Below are positions 49,695 through 63,707 of a stretch of DNA of 64,000 nucleotides, in pieces. The stretch comes from Rhizodiscina lignyota (lineage: Eukaryota). The notes beneath the pieces are model-generated. The model did not search any database. It was not told the DNA's origin and saw only the letters and a list, made by a program, of their open reading frames with translations. The DNA lies in the NCBI GenBank assembly GCA_010015805.1, contig ML978129.1:1-64000 (forward strand). Reading direction: 5' to 3'. The stretch's first letter is position 1. Each line of letters begins with the position of its first letter. Both the position numbers and the translations under genes were made by a program.

Positions 49695-51373
49695 TCAGTA
49701 CTGGTACTTGAACAAGGGCGAACGATCCGTGAAGGCCTCTTCCTCTACTCTCCCCTCCGCGCGCATCTTCTCCTTCCGTGCATCCCTGCTCTTGTACACC
49801 ATGAAAGTGATCCACAGACCAATCCACGCAACCCCATAACTACCCAGGCTCCACGCATGCCCCAGCACAAATCGCGGCGCTTCATCGCTCCTGTAGATCT
49901 GCCCGGCAATGATACCTCCAACGTTCAAGCAGGTCAGCTGCACGCCGAGGCTGGCCGCGCGCTTTCCATCAGGCGCGCAGTTCATCGTCAGCCATGCCGT
50001 GTTCGTGCCGGTGCAGAGGTAGCAGGCTGTGGAGATGAGGTACGTTGCGAAGTAGAGGACTCCCGTACTGACGTGCGGTTGGTTGAGGAGGATGGCGTAG
50101 CCGGCGATGCCAAATGGCATTGTGATGATGAGAGTGAGGAAGCGAGCTTTGTAGCGGTCTGCGAGAATGGCGCCGGCGAGGTACACGATGGCGCCCCAGA
50201 GATTGACTATTGCAGTGTTAGAATAATTGGATTGTCAAACGTCTTGAGTATCCAACCCACCTGGAATGACAAGATACTGTGCTTGTAGAGTGGGAAGGCC
50301 GAAGCCATACTTGATTATGACCGGAAGAAAAGTGCCGAAGCCTATATCGAACTGTTAGTAAATGGCTAACTCGAGAAAATTCCAAGAGAGCTACCGTAGA
50401 GAATTGTGATGATGGCGACCTGCGTGACGCTGTGCAGCCAAGTCTTCACATCCGTAACGGCAAGCCAGACATCTCCCTTGGTATAGTGTCCTTGACCACC
50501 GCTGTAAGATTCCATAAGCTCTGCACGGTGCCTCATGATGACTCGCTCCTCTTCATTCAGGAAATATGCCGAAGAGTAATTCTTGGGAATGAGGAAGTAG
50601 ACGACAGAGGCGAAAGTGATTGTGATCAAGCCTTCAATGATATAGAGCCTATATGATGTTAGCGAATTGACTCGTAGCTTAAGCTGGGAATGTCACACAT
50701 ACCAACGCCAACCGGCCATGCCAGAAGTACCATCCATGTGGAGGATACCGAAGGCAAGAAGGCCGCCGAAAGCTCCCGAAAGCGCAGACGCGATGAAGAG
50801 ATACGCAATCCGAAGTCCCAACTCTTCGCGCTTATACCAGTTCGCAAGAAACAGGGTCATCGAAGGGAACAGGCACCCTTCAAAGAACCCAAGGAGGAGG
50901 CGAAGTGCGACAAGCGCTCCAAAGCCGTGGATGAATCCCATGCACATGCAGACCAAGCCCCAGCAGAACGCAATAATCGGGATGACGCGCTTGAACGACA
51001 GCCTCTTGACGACCATGGAGGTTGGGAACTCGGCGCAGATGTAGGTGACGTAGAAGACCGAGACGGCGGCGTTGAGCTGTGTGCCTTTCAGGCCGATGTC
51101 CTCAGTCATGCCCTGCGTTGCAGCAAAGCCAATGTTGCTGTGATTTGGTCCGCTTCTATTGCCTGTCAGGACGAAGGGGGTTGCAACACGCCTTCGATCA
51201 AGGTAAGAGATGCACATCAGCGCCATCATTACGGGCGCGATGAAAAGATCAAGCTTCCGCACAACCTTGGCCTCCTTCTTGCGAAACTCAATAGTCTCCG
51301 CAGATTCATATGAATCGGACTCACTGTCAGCAACGTATTGTTTGACGGCATTTTTCTCATTTTTGGCCTCCAT
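49695..51373 (-). CDS. MFS transporter, anion:cation symporter (Tna1/Dal5 nicotinate/allantoate-like)
   Basis: RKLDLFI, YLDR.NIG, LLGFFEG, WYKREEL..R, GWRW..I.EG and terminal DRSPLFKY. Several introns. Confidence 0.88.
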
Positions 51374-52553
51374 GACGGCGGTAAAGTCCTAGTAGTCTGC
51401 TGGAAGAACTCTGTATGGATGAAAAAAGACAACAGGTTGTAAACCGACAATTGTACGAACAACGAAGCAGTAACCCGAATGACCGACTCTGTCTGAAGTC
51501 TGTGGGAGAAGGGAAGAGTTCGGTCTCCCAGACATTGTGCCCTCTTTATACCGTGAAGTTGGTGATACAATGCAAGAGAACCATACCTGCGCCATTTTGA
51601 GACATTGGATATACGTCAAGAAAAGAAGCGAGACAAGCGAGATAAGAATGAACTGATAGAAAAAGAAAGACGAGCAGAGATGTTAGAGCACGCTAGGAAA
51701 GATATCGAGTCTTCACAGCTGCAGCCAGGTTCAGTGGCCCGACTACGATATGAGGCGTGGTTCGATATCAGGAGGACAGGCACGACTTCGAGTCAAGAAC
51801 TTTCCCCCGCATATTCCCCACAGCAGGTCTGATTGGAGAGCTGAGGGTGTCTCGTTAAGCCATCAAAAATTCAGGGTGTCTAGAGTTCCGTTAGATGAAA
51901 AGTCGGAACTCGAAGAGACATGTCGTTGCTCGGTAAACTCGCTTATCCCAGAGCTGGCGAACGCCAGTGCTCCCGAGGATTAGCCGGTGATAGGAGACGA
52001 GACAAACTTCAGCGTGACTAGCTTTTCATATTTGAGTACAGCACATGAGCTCCATGACCTGGCTTAATTGCGAGTAGTTTTGCACGTATGACGAAAAAAC
52101 TCATGAACTGCTCAAACTTTCGATTCCCAACTACGCGATCTATCTACTCACCATACAAAAAGCAACAACCACCATATTTTATATCAACAAAGTGCATTGG
52201 TGGTCCACCTCACACCCTCAATGAGCGAATTTTCCAGACTAGCCACTTCTAGAGTTCACACACCTCGCAGACGCCAAGTATGATTTGATCCCTATTGATC
52301 CCCTTTCCCTGATGAGCAAATCGAAACAAAAACGAAAGTACAGAAAAGGAAAAGTTATTATGGTCATTAGTCTGCAAGGTCGTTTGGACCCTTTTGCAAT
52401 CGCCATGAGAAAATGTGTGCTGAGCCTTGTGCAGGAGCATGCCGATGCAACATTTGTAGTGTTACAAGCAAAGAAAGTGAAAAGAAATCCAATCTCTCGT
52501 CGTCAACTTCCACCCTCTCATATAACTTCTCAATTTACACTCCGCCTCACGAC

Positions 52554-55500
52554 TTAAAAGGCCATGAACATCCTGTTGTTCGAGCCCGTGGTGGCCGCAG
52601 CAGCAGCACCGTGCAACCCAGAACCCGTCTGCTTGTTCGAGGTGTCGTTGTTGTTAAGGCCTGTTGGCTGGAGCAAGTCTTCTGGGATGGTCGGAAGGTT
52701 GGTGAGGAAGCGGCTTGCCACGATGGGGCCAGCGACGAGCACGACAAAGATGATGAGCAGGACGAAGTAGAGGATGGCGTAGCGGATGACGCGGCGCTTT
52801 CGGAGACGAGTCTGCTTGAGAGAGTAGATGGGAGGTCGAATTTGACGGCTGTTTGGCATGTCAGTGATCGTTTGTATGTAAGTGGAAAGTGGATGTGACG
52901 TACCTTGGACGCAGCCAGAAAAGCATGACGGAGTGGAACTTGTCAATGTACGGAATCAACAAGACCGGTAGCTGGATGAACAGCAGGATGTGGCCGAGGA
53001 TGAAATCCGCAGCGAAGAAGCCAAGTTCGGTGATCTTGCAAAGGAACTCACGGCCAGGCTGGGTGATGGTGTGCCAACCCATAGCGTACCACTTGCCAGT
53101 CCACCAGGCGACGTTGGCAGTATCTGCCTTGAACTCACGGGTGAGCGTCAAGGAAATGATGAGCTTGTAGATGAAGCGCTGGATAGCGATGACGGCAATC
53201 ATGCCAAGGAGTGCCTTTAAGAAGCTCCAACCCTCGAGGAAGAACATGACTTCGAAGAAGGCTAAGAGCATGATGACGGCAATGGCGTGAGCAATGGCTG
53301 CGAGGACAGCACCGAACTTCTTGCAGCACATCGAAAGGAGGGGGCCCATACAACATGCCATTCCAAAGAAGCCACCCAGGACACCAGCGTTGACCGCAAT
53401 CGGAGCCAAAGCGACGAGGCCGACACGAATAAGAGAGTTTGTCGGAGCAATCGTCTTGCCGTCATTGCCTTTGTTCGTGGAGAGAACACCAGTTTGAGAG
53501 TTGATGAAAAGGTATGGTATCAACGTGACAGCAACAAGGACAATGGGACCAATGACCTCGCTGAAGATGATATTGGTGAAATGTGCACGCGGAACATCGC
53601 CAGAGAGCTTCGAGGATGGGTCGCCAAGTGCCTTACGCTTGTAACCAGTGATACGGGTACGTGAGAGACGGCAGTAACCAATCCAGGAAGCAGCGTGAGA
53701 CCTCGTGTTACCAGTGTTACCACGGGACAGCCAGCGCAGATACTCTCGGTAGTCGATGAAGAAGTCGTTCCAAGCGAACTGGTGTGGATTGAAGAGGTAT
53801 GGTGAGATGCAGAGCGCAAGGAGGGAGACCCAGAAGTATATCAACCACACACCCCAGACAGTCATTGTGGCGAAGAGGAGCATCATCAGAAGACGAGCGC
53901 CCATGTAGATTGACGGACCAGCAAAACGGGAGTACAGAATGCCGAAGGGGATACGAGCAGTGGCAAAACCACGACCGGTACCAATGTAGCGAGCACCACC
54001 GTACGAAAGATCCGCATGCAAGGCGTTGGCGTAGATGTTGCACACAAACACCTCGAAGACGAAGGACAGCGACGAGAAATGCTTCGCCAGGCGAGTAGCA
54101 GCGCGCCAGAATCCACGCTCCGTCAATTCTTGAACCACCAGGGGGACGAATGAGATGAAGAACACAATGAAGATGGAGAGTGTGCAACGCTCGACCCAGT
54201 TGAGGATAGGAACGAGGTCAGCACATCCAGTAGGCTTCAATGGATCCGTGATCGGGGTGTTCTTGTTGTAGTGGCAGATGATAGTCTCGTGGCGGAGAGC
54301 ACCCAGATTGATCAAGACGATCATGAACATCTGCACCGAAAGCATGATGAACAAGTTGTTGAGGTGGAAACCAGGATGGGCGTAGTAGAACGATAGGAAG
54401 CGGTCGAGCGGGAGCTGAGTACCGAGATAGTAGTATTCGCGGGACAACATCTGCTCGCCCATACCAGTACCGATCTTCGTGGTGAAGTTGAGGATAGAGC
54501 CGAAACCAAGATCACGACCCTTACCGCACTGGTAGTACTCGCAGTGCTTTATACGGCCACCACGGAGAAGAGCGTTCATACCAGCGTAGATATCCTCGTT
54601 GAGATGCAGACCCTTTTGAGCCTTGGAAACACCGCCACGGGTAGTCATGAAGATGCCGTTGAGGAAATCGGGATGTCCGTAGTGGAGCTTGCCACCGATC
54701 TGGGCCAAAGTACGAGCGAAGAGAGTACCGAATGTCTGTTCCTTGCCGGCAGCGACGTCACCAAGAATACCAATGTTCTCAGAGAAGATGTATTCGCGAG
54801 CACCGAGAATGGCGACCGGGTCTTTCTTTGGTGGTGGTGTACCAGGAGCATATGGTGAGACATTGTCGGTAGTCATTTCCTCAAACTCGGCAAGAACGCT
54901 GCGGATCTTCAGACATTCCTCGAGATAGTTGTCCTGGTTAGCGTCGATAAGCTGGATGTACTCGCCACGGTAGAAGATCAGGCAGTGATTCTGGTTATCG
55001 GATTTGCCGTCACCCAAGATTGGGTTACCTGAGAGCTGAATACGGAACTTGGGACGACGCATGCCATTTTCCATCAGTTCAGAGTGGCCATCGATCAAAG
55101 CAGAATACAGACGCGGGTCCTCGCCCTCATTGACAGGAGGTTCCTCGTCAAGATAAGCAATCTGCAGATCAGGATAGGCACGGAGCAGGAACTCAGTGTT
55201 CTCACGCTCTTCCTTGGAGAATTTGGCATAGCGTTGCATGGAGACAACGATCTTGTACTTGCGGCGGGCCATGCGCTCAAGCTCGCGCTCAAGCTTGTCA
55301 GAGTTGCCACCGAACATCTGAACGACTTCGGGATTCTCAACGCGGTAAAGGAGTTTGATGGCACGGCTGTAGTTCATGAAACCAGAGATGGTGCGGTACA
55401 GAGTCTGCGAGCGGAGGGATGCCCAAATACGAGTGCGCAGGGTGTACTCGGGAGCAGCAGACTTGAAACCAATGCAGTAGAACGGAAGATCATCAATCTT

Positions 55501-58500
55501 GCTCTTGGCAGTGTCTTTCTCACTCTTCTCGTAGTCACCGTTGAACTGAGAGGTCTCATCGGCCAGAATCTTGGTATCCTTGACGAAGCAGTCCCATTCA
55601 TGAGGATGAAGTTGCTTAAGGTATTCCAAGAGGGTGACACGTGAGTAAGGCTCGTCTTCACGAATGATCTCACGAAGCGAGAGAAGGATCTTCTCGCTGT
55701 AGTGAGGGATCATAACCGTGAATGTAGGCATGTTGTCAACCGGGAGAGGCTCTGGGATAGGAGTAGACAGGGACTGCGCGAAGAAAGATATGCGACGCTC
55801 TGCCTCGCTCTGCCGTGGGAAGAACTCCGTCTTGAAAGAATGATCCTCCTGGGAGACGAAAAATGTCGGAGCACGCAATGTCCTCTTGCCCTCCTGCTCA
55901 GATGGAACCTGGTGGTACAGCAGCTTCTGCACATGGTCAATGGCCAACAGGTGCTCGCGATACATGGAAATGATAATGGCATTCCAGACCTGCGAGATGA
56001 GAACCTTTGGCTTGTACTTGATCTCCATGTCTGTGGTCGCCAAGACCTTGGAGTAGATGCGCTTAGGCAGACGGGAGAAGATGTTCCTCCACGGCGTCCA
56101 GATGGAGACACCAAGGAAGAAGGACCTAGCGACGGAGAAGGCCGAGTTGAAGAGGATGTAGAAGAGGTAGGTATCCAAGAAGAACAGCGTCAGATCGGTG
56201 AAGAACATGAGTGCCAACAGGATCTTAGGCTGGTAGTAACAGAGCGTGTCACCTATAATCTTATCACCCCAACACTTGCTGAGCTTCATGGTTGACAAGA
56301 TACGGATGGGATCCTTGAAAGACAGCGTCAGGAAGACGTATGACTCGAGGAACTTGATGCCGAAGACAAACACCCAGAGACCATAGGACATCCACATGTC
56401 GTTACCACGAAGTCGAGGATAGCTGGCGGTGAAAGTCTGGCTGGCAACGTAGCGGCGCGAGTTCCTCGTGAGATAGCTTCCCCAAAGACCTCCTAGAGGC
56501 ATCACAGAGAAGAACAGGAACGTGACGAGAGCAATCAGGAACTGCACGATACCAAGAGCGTGTGCAACTGTGCCGGTTTGCTGGATTCCAAAGATGTAGA
56601 CGCTTGGGGCAACGTTGATGGCAAAGATGGCCAGGATGAAGAAGAATCGCTTCGTGAGATGCTGTGCGCCAGCCCATCGACGAGGCACGTAAAACCACTC
56701 GCAGATAGTAGCGACCAGCATGATGAAAGAGGCGACTGTGCCACCCAAAGCCACGGCGGACCACTGAGCAGCCGGGTTCGGCTTATTGTTGAGCTGCTGC
56801 TGATAGTTGTGGGTAACGAAAGTCGGCGAGTTGTAGGCAGTGTAGAACCAGAAAGCGCAGATGTGGATGACCCAGATACGGTTGAAGTTGACCACCATAT
56901 GGAACCAAGACCTGTTCTCCTTGTACGTCTTGAAGAAGCACTTCTTCCAGTTGACCGAAGCAAGCTTCTCGTAACGTTGGTCAACCGGGAAGTCAACCAG
57001 GCGAGACTTGTCCTCGAGAACAAGGCGTTCAATGCCCTCCGGATACCAGAATAGCTGGTTGACGTCGTCATAACCAATGATCTGAGCATGATCGCGCTCC
57101 CGGCGAATGTACTTTCCGTCCTGGATTTCGTAACCTTGGTCTCTGCAGTATTGGTATAGGGGAGTGATGATCTGGTTGAGATATGTGAACTCCTCAACCG
57201 GCTCGACGCGACTCTGGCAAGCGGGCGAATGGAGATAGTCATCCGCGCACTTGAAGATGAAGCAAAGGAGCTCGGGCATGAAACGGACTTGGTTCGCCTC
57301 ACCCCAGCAGAGCAGATAGAGCGCGATCTGTCGGACACGGTCGTGCTGTGACATGCGGTTCATGCGAGTCTTCCAGCGATACTCGGCGGCTTCCAAGCTA
57401 TTGTCGCCGTCCAACGCCTCGAGCACAGCTTCTTCGTTCTGGCCGCTTTGCTCGGCGGCCTTCTTGGCTGCGGCACGAGCCTTGCGTGTGCGACGATTAG
57501 CTTTGCCCAGTTTCATGTTGGCAAATCCAACAGCATCATCTAGGTCTAGGTGTGCAGCAAAATACCATCTCCGGTAGTTTGCGTTGTCGCCACCAATGTA
57601 ATCGGCGTGAAGGGACAGGAGTGCCTGGTTGGGAGTCATACGCGAGGCACGCGAGTCGAGAAGCGTCATGAAGTGATCGAACATGTTGCGCATGCTGTCT
57701 CGCTGGAAACCGAACTTGCCAGTAAGGTCGAGGAAGATGTCCTCAATCTCCTCCTTGGACAGTGGAATCTGAGCATCGGAGGTCCACGCGGGATATGGCT
57801 CCCTTGATCGCTGGCCAGCAGGGAGGGCATTGCCATAGTCCATCCCATAGATGGGTGTCGACGCGCCAGACGACCTGTTGCCGCCGTACGAGACTTGAGA
57901 AGATGGTGGTCGATATCCGCGGGCGCCACCTTCGGCGTAGCTATTGTAACGCTCGTCACCTCGACCGTAGTAGTCCATCTCCGCTGCACGAGCCATGTCT
58001 GATCTCATGGTGAAGTCGCTGAAGGTCTCGGAGTCTTCCTCAGAATCGTGTCCGCGACGCCTAGGTTTTTGGCTATCGATCGTTAATAGCTCTCCTGTGA
58101 AGTCCAAGTTATGCCAACTTACCCGTAGGCGTTGTTGGGCTGGCCACCCTGTGGCGCGCCCTGATCATAGTACTGATCGTTGTAGTACTCATCTTGGTAG
58201 CCGTGCTGGCCGCCATTATCGTAGTATTGATCATGTCCGTAGGCCTCGTGTTGCCCGTTTCCATTTCCGTTTCCGTTTCCGTTGTAGTATTGGCTTGTAA
58301 GCGTTAGCCGCTGTCCTTCAGCTGTGTTAACGTGCTACTTACGATTCATCGTAGTATCCCTCTTGTCCTGCGTGTGCGCCCTGTGCTCCTTGTCCATTAT
58401 GATAATCCTGGTGGTCATAGTAGCCCTGCTGCTGATCGTCGTAGTAGGAGTCCTGGCCGTGGTGGCCGTAGGCCTCGTCGTAGTGGCCTTCCTGAGGATG

Positions 58501-58509
58501 GCCCGACAT
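52554..58509 (-). CDS. FKS1: 1,3-beta-glucan synthase catalytic subunit (GT48)
   Basis: 1748-aa ORF with GT48 motifs ([28 protein letters not shown]), upstream exons from MSGHPQ and a final exon [12 protein letters not shown]. Confidence 0.97.
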
Positions 58510-58530
58510 GGCGAAGGTGTTTGAAGAAAA

Positions 58531-58659
58531 CTGGTCGGAGAGAGAAGTTAGCAATCAAATGCCATCAGAAGTGAGAGGAGGGCTTGTCATGCGCAGACGC
58601 GTTGAGGCCGGGGCCTGAAACACATTGCAGGCGTTGAAACCAAAGGCGAGGAAACTTAC
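58531..58659 (-). other. Probable 5'-UTR intron of fks1
   Basis: Minus-strand GTAAGT donor, GCTAAC branch site and CAG acceptor 21 nt upstream of the ATG. Confidence 0.65.
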
Positions 58660-61282
58660 AGCTCCTAATTACGCAATGACCATCGCCGAACTGCAATTAT
58701 TAGCGAATGCGGGCGGATTGCAGTGTTTGCGCGGTTTCGCTCCTTTGTTTGTGTGCGGAGAGCGAGTGTTGAGTGAGCGAGCGAAGGGGCCGTTGGTGAG
58801 TGGCCGATCTGATCGTGGACGTTGGAAACAAAAGCGAGAGGCAAGCTCGATGCTGCAGGAAAAGTATTAGATGGACAGAAGCTACTGTCTGTGGTGATTG
58901 CCGCAGCGTGGAGCGAGAGGCGGGGAAGGTGAGTTGAGCAGTGGTGTTCCTTTGTGGTTGTTGCTGGGCCGCGTAGTCTCGCTGCAACGATTGGCGGGTG
59001 CTGGGCACGCTACGGACGTCGGATGGGGGCAGCAGCGCCTCTCAACGACGCGTGCAGCAGCTCTGTCGACGCCGCACTCACGACGGCGATGGATTGCTGG
59101 ATGTGCAGTATGAAGCGACCGACGGTGGACGGAAAGAAGAGGTCAAGCGGAGGTGGGAAGTTGGGTTGGAGACGGAGTTGAGATGGAGGTTGGCAAGAGG
59201 CACGGATTGCTAAGGATGGCCCGTGGATAAGGGGCAGGAGCGACTGATTTCTGCTGGCGCGCACGGCCGCCGCTCTTGGCTCAATGGCCTTCGCCCGCCC
59301 AGGGGGCCCGTTGCCATCAAGCTCCACTGCCGTCAAGCCATGCTGCACGCCAGCAGCTCCCATGCAGTTTCATAATTGCAAACCTCGCCGCTGCCTCCAA
59401 TCACCCGCCTCTCCGCCTCGACCTCTCCGCGCGAAAGAGGCTCCCGAGACGCTCGCCGTGGCTGTGTACTTTTCGCCGCGTGCCTGCTGCTCTCCCATGC
59501 CGCTCTCGACCTTTTGCCCCGTCGATTGTAACCACCGTCACCGCGCATTTCCATCATCGACGCGTTGGCAGTGCGAGAAAACCTGATATGCCATCGACTC
59601 CATCGGGAAGTGCTCATCGCTAGGTGCAGCGCCGGTCCTGGCCAAAACCCTGCCAGCGTCTTTTCTCCGCTCACAGTGGCAATGCACCCGCCACACACTT
59701 CTAATTTTACGGAGCAAACGTTGTTTCTCACCACAGACGCCCTCCTGCCGGCCATCTGAGACCTTTGCTGTTCGCGCCAGACTATCCTCTCACCGAACAT
59801 TTGTCGCAGCAAGCCGTTGCTCGCCCCTCAATTGACCTTTGAAGCGCGAACCCTCCGCGTCTCTGCTCGAGCTGCCTCCCGCTAGCCTTCCCGCTCACGC
59901 CCTGCAGCTACTCATCGTGCAGTGCAGACAACTGCATCATCCAATTCGTGCGGCGCAGAAAGTCAGCACCATTCAGCGCAACAGCAGTGAGCTCCGCCCA
60001 GCTGATTGGGAGCGTTGAAGGCAGTGGGGGGCGGTTGTCAAGCACTATCTTATCGTCGATCACGACGCGCATGCGAATCACCAGCAATTTGGCATGGCCC
60101 GCTAAAACTTAGCGGCGGCTGGCGTATCCAGAAAGGGGCGCACCTCCCTTGTCAGCAACCTCAACAGTCAACCAAGGTGGAGAGCTCCCAGTTTTGACCC
60201 TTGGTCATCCTAATCACACTCTTCGATCTCGCTGTGAGAGCTCCATGCCCTGAACTCTGCGCGATCGCGTCAATGGCCTGCTATGATTTGCTTCCAGGGG
60301 AATTGCTGCTCTCCGCCGTCTTCCGCCGCGCACCGACAGGAGAGTCTCGTTTCTCAGCTATGCATACAATCAATATATATCCCTGCCAGAGAACGCTCGT
60401 TCCCCTTCCATGAATTTTCTATACAGCGCGCCGGAGCCCGATAATTCCGCGAAATAGCCTCTCGTGCCTCTCTCGTGACTGGGGCGAGCACGCTCGAGGA
60501 AATTCAGGTTCGAGACCTTGGAATCAAGAATTACCCAGTGACATGTCGATGCCGACATGGGACACCCGTCCAAGCCTCCTCAAACATGGGTGAATGCATG
60601 AATATGATGTCAAAGGCACTCCGGTTTCAGGATATCCGAATGACCCAGGCGGCCGTGGAGAGGCAATTTGACAGGACCGCAAGTTCCGAGGCGCGCGGGT
60701 CGTGCCCCGGACGAGGCACAACAGTAAGCTGGCTGCTGTGTTATCATTTAGATATGAAGCTATGTAGCCAGCTCTGATGCAAGCCCGAGGAATCTTGGCA
60801 TCGTTTGAGCATCAGAGACGCGCATCGACTCAGGAAGCGCGCGCTCTGCACCTCCGTAGCTGTTGTAGATTGAGGCGCTGCAAAAGCGTCGCCGTGAAAG
60901 AAGAAAGCGGCCGTTGCTGTGGAATTGCCACTGGATTGCGCTCCACACATTTCGTGAAGATTGCGTGTCTCCGGCGCCGCGCTAGCCCGTTTCTGCCGCC
61001 TCTCCTGAAAGCTCGTCGACCGCAGCACCGCTGCGAAGGGAGCAACACCTTCCTCTCCTCCAACACTCCCAACCGCCTTTGCACTCCAGCAATTGCACCC
61101 TTCGCTCTGTCCTTGTAATACAGGAACCCCTTCTTACACTCATTTGCCTCTCTTGCCTTTCGTTCAGCATTGCCCACCAGCTTGCCGCGTTTGAAACGCT
61201 TGGCCGCGTATCGGACCCCGTCTAAATAATACCTCCAGCTACTTGACCCAATTCCTCCAGCAGCACACGTAACAGCGGCAAC

Positions 61283-63001
61283 ATGAGATTTCTCACTCCC
61301 GCCATTGCGGCGCTATCCCTCTTCACATCCGCCGTATTCGCCGCCGTGCCAACCCTCGAAATCAAGGGTTCCAAGTGGTTCTACTCGAACAACGGCACGC
61401 AGTTCTACATTAGGGGCGTTGCTTATCAACGTGAGTTTGAATCGCGGATAATTGCCAGTCCAATACACTGATAAATGCCCGCAGAGGATGTTGGCACGAA
61501 TGGAACAACTAGCGGCAGCTCTGACGACAACGAATTCACCGACCCTCTCGCAGATGAAGCCGGGTGCAAGCGCGACCTTCCATACCTAGTCCAGCTTCGA
61601 ACGAACACCCTTCGTGTATACGCCGTCGATCCCACCAAGAATCACGATGCTTGCATGAGCATGTTTGCCGATGCTGGCATCTACCTCATCATCGATTTGT
61701 CGCAGCCGGGAGAGTCGATCAACCGTAATACTCCTTCCTGGACCGACGACCTGTACACCCGCTACACAAGCGTCGTAGACACTTTCGTGAAATATCCCAA
61801 CACGATGGGATTCTTTGGCGGTAACGAGGTCTCCAACTCGAAGAACAACACAAACGCAAGCGCGTTTGTCAAGGCTGCTATCCGCGACATGAAGTCGTAC
61901 GTCAAGGCGAAGAAGTACAGGTCAATCTACTTTGGCTATGCTACCAACGACGATGCCGACATCCGTGTGAACCTTGCGGACTACTTTGACTGTGGTGATG
62001 CGGCCGATTCCATCGATTTCTGGGGATACAACATCTACTCGTGGTGCGGTGATTCTTCCTACCAGGCCTCTGGTTACGCGGATCGTACCAAAGAGTTCTC
62101 GACTTACAACGTTCCGTTCTTCTTCGCAGAATATGGATGCAACACGATTCAGCCGCGTAAGTTTACGGAAGTTGGTGCCCTCTTCGGACCTCAAATGAGC
62201 CCGTTCTGGTCTGGCGGTATTGTGTACATGTACTTCCAGGAAGCAAATGACTTTGGTGAGTAAAATGGCGCGAATCACCTCTGACGAGCTCAAGCTAATG
62301 CATCCCCAGGTCTGGTCACTGTCTCTGGCAATTCGGTTTCCACGCTCGTCGACTTCAGCTATCTTTCCAAGGAAATTGCTACTGCCACTCCTTCCGGTGT
62401 CAACAGCAACTCGTACAACCCCACTGTCACTGCTCCCCAATCTTGCCCGGAGGTTGGCGCCACTTGGCTTGCCGAAGCAACGCCTCTTCCCCCATCGCCA
62501 AACGAGCAGCTTTGCCAGTGCATGGTCAAGGCCCTGTCTTGTGTCGTCTCTGACTCCACCAGCTCGGATGACTACAGCGACCTTTTCGGCACCGTCTGCG
62601 GTCTTGGTGCGGATAACTGCGCTGGTATCCAGGCCAATGCCACTACTGGAAAGTATGGAGCCTACAGCATGTGCAACCCTAAGGAGCAGCTCTCCTTCGC
62701 TTTCAACCAATACTACCAGAGCCAGGACCAGGCAAACACCGCGTGCGACTTTGATGGCAAGGCTTCAACACAGGACAGTCAGACCGCATCCGGAGGTTGC
62801 CAGAGCCTCATCAACCAAGCCGGCTCTGGTGGTACCGGCACGGTTACAAGCGCGCCGACGGGAGCTGGAGGTTCTGCTGCTGCGAGCAGCTCTGGTGCTG
62901 CCGGCGTCACGACTGTTCCTGACTTCAGGTGGGGCGCGGTCCAGATCGGTGCTTACCTGATGGTTGCTGGTGTTGCTGGTGCAGCGATGATTCTGCTGTA
63001 A
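61283..63001 (+). CDS. GPI-anchored 1,3-beta-glucanosyltransferase (GH72 + X8/CBM43; Gel4/Gas1-like)
   Basis: Signal peptide, [13 protein letters not shown] and FAEYGCN catalytic motifs, Cys-rich X8 domain and GPI tail. Two introns. Confidence 0.93.
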
Positions 63002-63707
63002 ATACCAGCCTGAATCGACTCCTTCACGTGACGCTTCTATCCTGCCTTCGAAGCGCGAAGGGAGACGAGTCTTGGATAATGGAGGGGGAGGAAGGAACAG
63101 GATGGGCGCATGAGCACATCTTATCATTGTCACTCGCTTGATGACGCCGTCCTATCTACTGTGATGGGTTCGGCTTTCATTTCTTGTCTTGCGTTCAGCG
63201 GTCTATCTGGGTCCTTTGAAAATGAGCAACAGAAAAAGGACCTAGAAATCACGGCCGGTGGTTGCATGTTGCATCTGTACGCTTCTGGGTTGCGTCGTGA
63301 TTAGCATTTTCGGATAGATACCGCAAACTCTCCTGGTCTGGAAGTCTGCGCACTGGCGCTTGGCTAGCTTGTAGTAATGGTCATCTTTTTTCCTCCTGAA
63401 GCTTCTCTTCGCTTCCTCATATTCTTTTCGCAAGTGCTTCTACAACAGCCAATGGCTCCACCCTTCGCTCGCTTAATGAGATTGCATTCCTGACGCTTGT
63501 TTACAACATGGCTTGTTTTTCATTCCACGCGTTATGGCGTGCAGACAACGCTTCCCCACATGACCACTGCGTGGCCTTTCCAGCATTCAGGTTTATCTTT
63601 AGCGATCGTAGTGAGACCATTCATTTAAATTCGTTCGCGGCCGCTCTTTTCTGATCTCAAGCACACATGGGGACGTGCCTCACGACATTCGTTTAGTTCT
63701 GCTAACC

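Noticed and set aside
52889..58013. Many antisense and alternate-frame ORFs over fks1 (likewise over atg22, vps4, med14 and gel)
   Set aside because: Expected shadows of codon-biased, GC-rich genes. No recognisable domains.
63242..63433. Basic 63-aa minus-strand ORF
   Set aside because: No ATG context, domain or supporting exons found.
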